Shown piece by piece: positions 44,100 through 46,206 of a DNA stretch of 46,206 bases. The notes under the pieces are model-generated. The model saw only the letters and a list, made by a program, of their open reading frames with translations, searched no databases and had not been told where the DNA came from. The position numbers were made by a program, and so were the translations under genes. This DNA is from a virus (taxonomy: Duplodnaviria; Caudoviricetes). Numbering within the stretch: position 1 is the stretch's first letter; every line of letters starts with the position of its first letter. The stretch lies in the IMG/VR virus record IMGVR_UViG_3300048606_000106, positions 1 to 46,206 of that record. One strand, given 5' to 3'.

Positions 44100-45730
44100 T
44101 GAAGAAACCAGAGATTCAACAACGGCCACGCGGAACGGGGTCGATCACGGCGATCTGGGACGAAGCCTCCAAAACGTGGCGCTACAAGGCGCGCTTCCCC
44201 GACCGACGAGGCGGCAGCATCCCCGGCGGCACGTGGGCAACCGAGGAGCTGGCGCACGTCGCGCTCAACGCACTGCAGCAAAGCGCATCGGTCGGGCTCA
44301 CGCCACGCGGCGGCAAGAAGCTGATGGAGTACGGCTTCGAACGTGTCGACGCATGGGCGGACCGGGAGAACTCCAAGTCGAGCTGGCGATCGACATGGAG
44401 AACCACCGTCAGCAAGGCGCCGTTTGCCGATGGAACGCTCGAGGAGATCGTGTTCGGCGATGTGCGGGACTGGGCGGCGCAGCTTCCCAATCAGGTCTCG
44501 GACCGCACGGGCAAAGCGATCGATTGGCAGACCGCGAAGCACGCACTGTTTCTGCTCAAGCGTGTGCTTGATGATGCCGTTGGCGATGGACTGATCGCCG
44601 AGAATCCAGCAAAAGGAGTGAAGCTACCGAAGCGCCAGAAGCGGACCAGGGGCTGGGACTACCTGCGACAGCCCGAGATCGACTTTCTGCTCGCGATGCC
44701 GGACCTGCCGGAGAAGCAACGCAGCGCGTTCGCGTTCACGATCTACACCGGCCCGCGAAAGGGCGAGGTCGCCGCGGCTCGATGGGAGAACATGCATCTC
44801 CTGGACGAGCATCCCTACGTCGAGTTCTTCGCGAGCTGGGATACGGCCACCAAGAACGGCGAGCCGCGCGTCGCCGCGATCCTGCCGGCATGCCTGCCCT
44901 ACATGCTGCATTGGTGGCGGCTGAGCGGTTGCCCGAAGACCGGCTGGGTGTGGCCGAGCCTACGTGACGGCAAGCGGCACGCTCGCGGTTACGACTTTGA
45001 CTGGGGCCGCGACATCGACAAGCAAAACGGCGTGTGCTGGCTCGGCTGGAAGAACTGCGCCGGCATCCGACGGTCCGTTCGATTCCACGATCTGCGACAC
45101 ACCTGCGGCTCTCACTTGGCGATGGGCACGTGGGGCCGCCGCTGGCACCTGTCGGAGATCCAGGAGCAGCTCGGCCATCTCGATGTCGAGACCACCCAGC
45201 GCTACGTCCACATGGCACGCAGCGCGATGCAGGAGGCTGCGAGGGCCACGTTCTTGCCGCCCCGCCCCGAGACGCTCAAAGCAAGCGTGTTCGAAGCAGC
45301 AGCGGCAACAACAGGGCTATCGCGGACAGGTTCGCATCATGTCCAGGGAAACGAGAATCAATCCGAGTTTGACGGGCAAGTTATTGAAATCGTGGGTGCG
45401 CGCGATCTCGGATTCGGACCGAGGACCTTTGGCTCCGGAGGCCGAGACCCTGCCCTGTTTTCCGGGCGAATTCCGCTGCCCGGACAGGTTCCGGACATGT
45501 TGCACGCGATACTGGCTCAAATTGAAGCCGGTGTCGCGGTCGAACGAGCACAGGTTGTCGCAATTGCGCTGCCCGTTCTGAGCCTCGCGACGCGACTCGC
45601 CAAGCTTGCCGGCGACGTGCTGTCCGCGAACGACGCGAACCTCGAACCGCGGTGGCGTGCGCTCGTGGAAGCGTTGCTGCTCGAGGAGCGGGCGTCCGCG
45701 TTGGAGCTCACAGAACGGAGCGCGTCATGA
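44090..45730 (+). CDS. int: Tyrosine recombinase (phage integrase) with long C-terminal extension spanning attP
   Basis: RGTGSI arm domain, TGPRKGE (R), TKNG (K), HDLRHT, LGH, TTQRY. Confidence 0.95.
   Translation: MALMKKPEIQQRPRGTGSITAIWDEASKTWRYKARFPDRRGGSIPGGTWATEELAHVALNALQQSASVGLTPRGGKKLMEYGFERVDAWADRENSKSSWRSTWRTTVSKAPFADGTLEEIVFGDVRDWAAQLPNQVSDRTGKAIDWQTAKHALFLLKRVLDDAVGDGLIAENPAKGVKLPKRQKRTRGWDYLRQPEIDFLLAMPDLPEKQRSAFAFTIYTGPRKGEVAAARWENMHLLDEHPYVEFFASWDTATKNGEPRVAAILPACLPYMLHWWRLSGCPKTGWVWPSLRDGKRHARGYDFDWGRDIDKQNGVCWLGWKNCAGIRRSVRFHDLRHTCGSHLAMGTWGRRWHLSEIQEQLGHLDVETTQRYVHMARSAMQEAARATFLPPRPETLKASVFEAAAATTGLSRTGSHHVQGNENQSEFDGQVIEIVGARDLGFGPRTFGSGGRDPALFSGRIPLPGQVPDMLHAILAQIEAGVAVERAQVVAIALPVLSLATRLAKLAGDVLSANDANLEPRWRALVEALLLEERASALELTERSAS
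45393..45443 (-). other. Putative attP core: 3' half of a tRNA-Arg(CCG)-like sequence inside int
   Basis: Minus strand GGC-CTCCGGA-GCC anticodon arm, AAAGGTC, CTCGG-TCCGAAT-CCGAG T-arm, then acceptor-like ATCGCGCGCACCCA; no D-arm or 5' half; IHF-like TTTCAATAACTTG adjacent. Confidence 0.75.
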
Positions 45731-46206
45731 ACCGCGCCGAACGCCGACGCCTGTCCGACGAGCGATTCCTGGCTAGCGTTGATCGAAGCGGCGGCCCGGA
45801 CGCGTGCCATCCGTGGACGGGCCCGCTCAGAAAAGACGGTTACGGCCAGGCTGGCAGAGGTGGCGCGCATCGCCAGGCATGGATCATCGAGCACGGGCCA
45901 GTGCCCGGCGGACTGAGCGTTTGCCACAGCTGCGACGCTCGCTACCCGCGAAGCGATGTCACCTATCGCCGGTGCTGCAACACGCGTCACCACTTTCTCG
46001 GGACGCATGCCGAGAACATGGCCGACATGGCGCGAAAAGGTCGCGCTGGAACAAAGCAGCCCAACAGCGACGAATACCGGGTGGCCATGTGGGATGCGCC
46101 CGAGCCCACGAAAGCCGACCTCGCGCCGTGGCTCGATGCCGCAGAGATTCCGAACCTGCGGCAGATTCAAGCAACGATGTCGCGGCACCGCCCTACCCGA
46201 GCAAGG
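45727..46206 (+). CDS. HNH homing endonuclease (partial, runs off window)
   Basis: Hand translation: RFLASVD...CHPWTG...GYG...AHRQAW..EHGPVP..L.VCHSCD...CCNTRH.FLGT.AEN..DM..KGR; ATGA-coupled to int. Confidence 0.88.
   Translation, partial: MNRAERRRLSDERFLASVDRSGGPDACHPWTGPLRKDGYGQAGRGGAHRQAWIIEHGPVPGGLSVCHSCDARYPRSDVTYRRCCNTRHHFLGTHAENMADMARKGRAGTKQPNSDEYRVAMWDAPEPTKADLAPWLDAAEIPNLRQIQATMSRHRPTRAR

Larger units (their letters stand above)
1..46206. mobile_element. Temperate tailed-phage genome segment (packaging, replication, immunity, early and integration modules), probably non-integrated form
   Basis: Terminase, cro/cI switch, replication and recombination genes, integrase and dense RTGA-coupled small ORFs; no host housekeeping operon. 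Confidence 0.95.

Noticed and set aside
45393-45443. Functional tRNA gene
   Set aside because: Only the anticodon arm, T-arm and 3' acceptor strand are present; no D-arm or 5' strand, so it is treated as attP
42942-46188. Long minus-strand ORFs opposite the integrase region (42942..44129, 43760..44542, 45517..46188)
   Set aside because: Shadows of well-supported plus-strand genes (int, HNH)

Overview
About 46 kb of a GC-rich temperate dsDNA phage genome. A Myxococcota-like host is inferred from gene content and an Mx8-style integrase, not proven. The left ~22 kb is one leftward operon running from a cro-like gene to the terminase genes. It includes GIY-YIG and HNH nucleases, DUF5131, DNA methylases, an SNF2-like helicase, replication initiator, DnaA-C-like protein, Mom-like GNAT, RuvC and the Tad1 anti-Thoeris sponge. 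A central immunity and lysogenic-conversion region holds cro, a cI-like repressor, a degenerate ImmA-like protein, a DUF2723-type GT-C glycosyltransferase and a lipoprotein. The right ~21 kb is a rightward early operon of small coupled ORFs plus a clamp-like protein, an Exo/Sak4/SSB recombination module, RNA ligase, a HerA-like ATPase and a tyrosine integrase. The integrase contains a tRNA-Arg(CCG) 3'-half, a putative intact attP. The most unusual feature is two ~460-475 nt inserts inside host genes (the helicase and a putative secreted hydrolase). Each keeps the host frame open while encoding a separate gene in another frame, one of them an endonuclease VII. Neither shows intron or intein signatures. 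All annotations are by eye from motifs; no searches were run.
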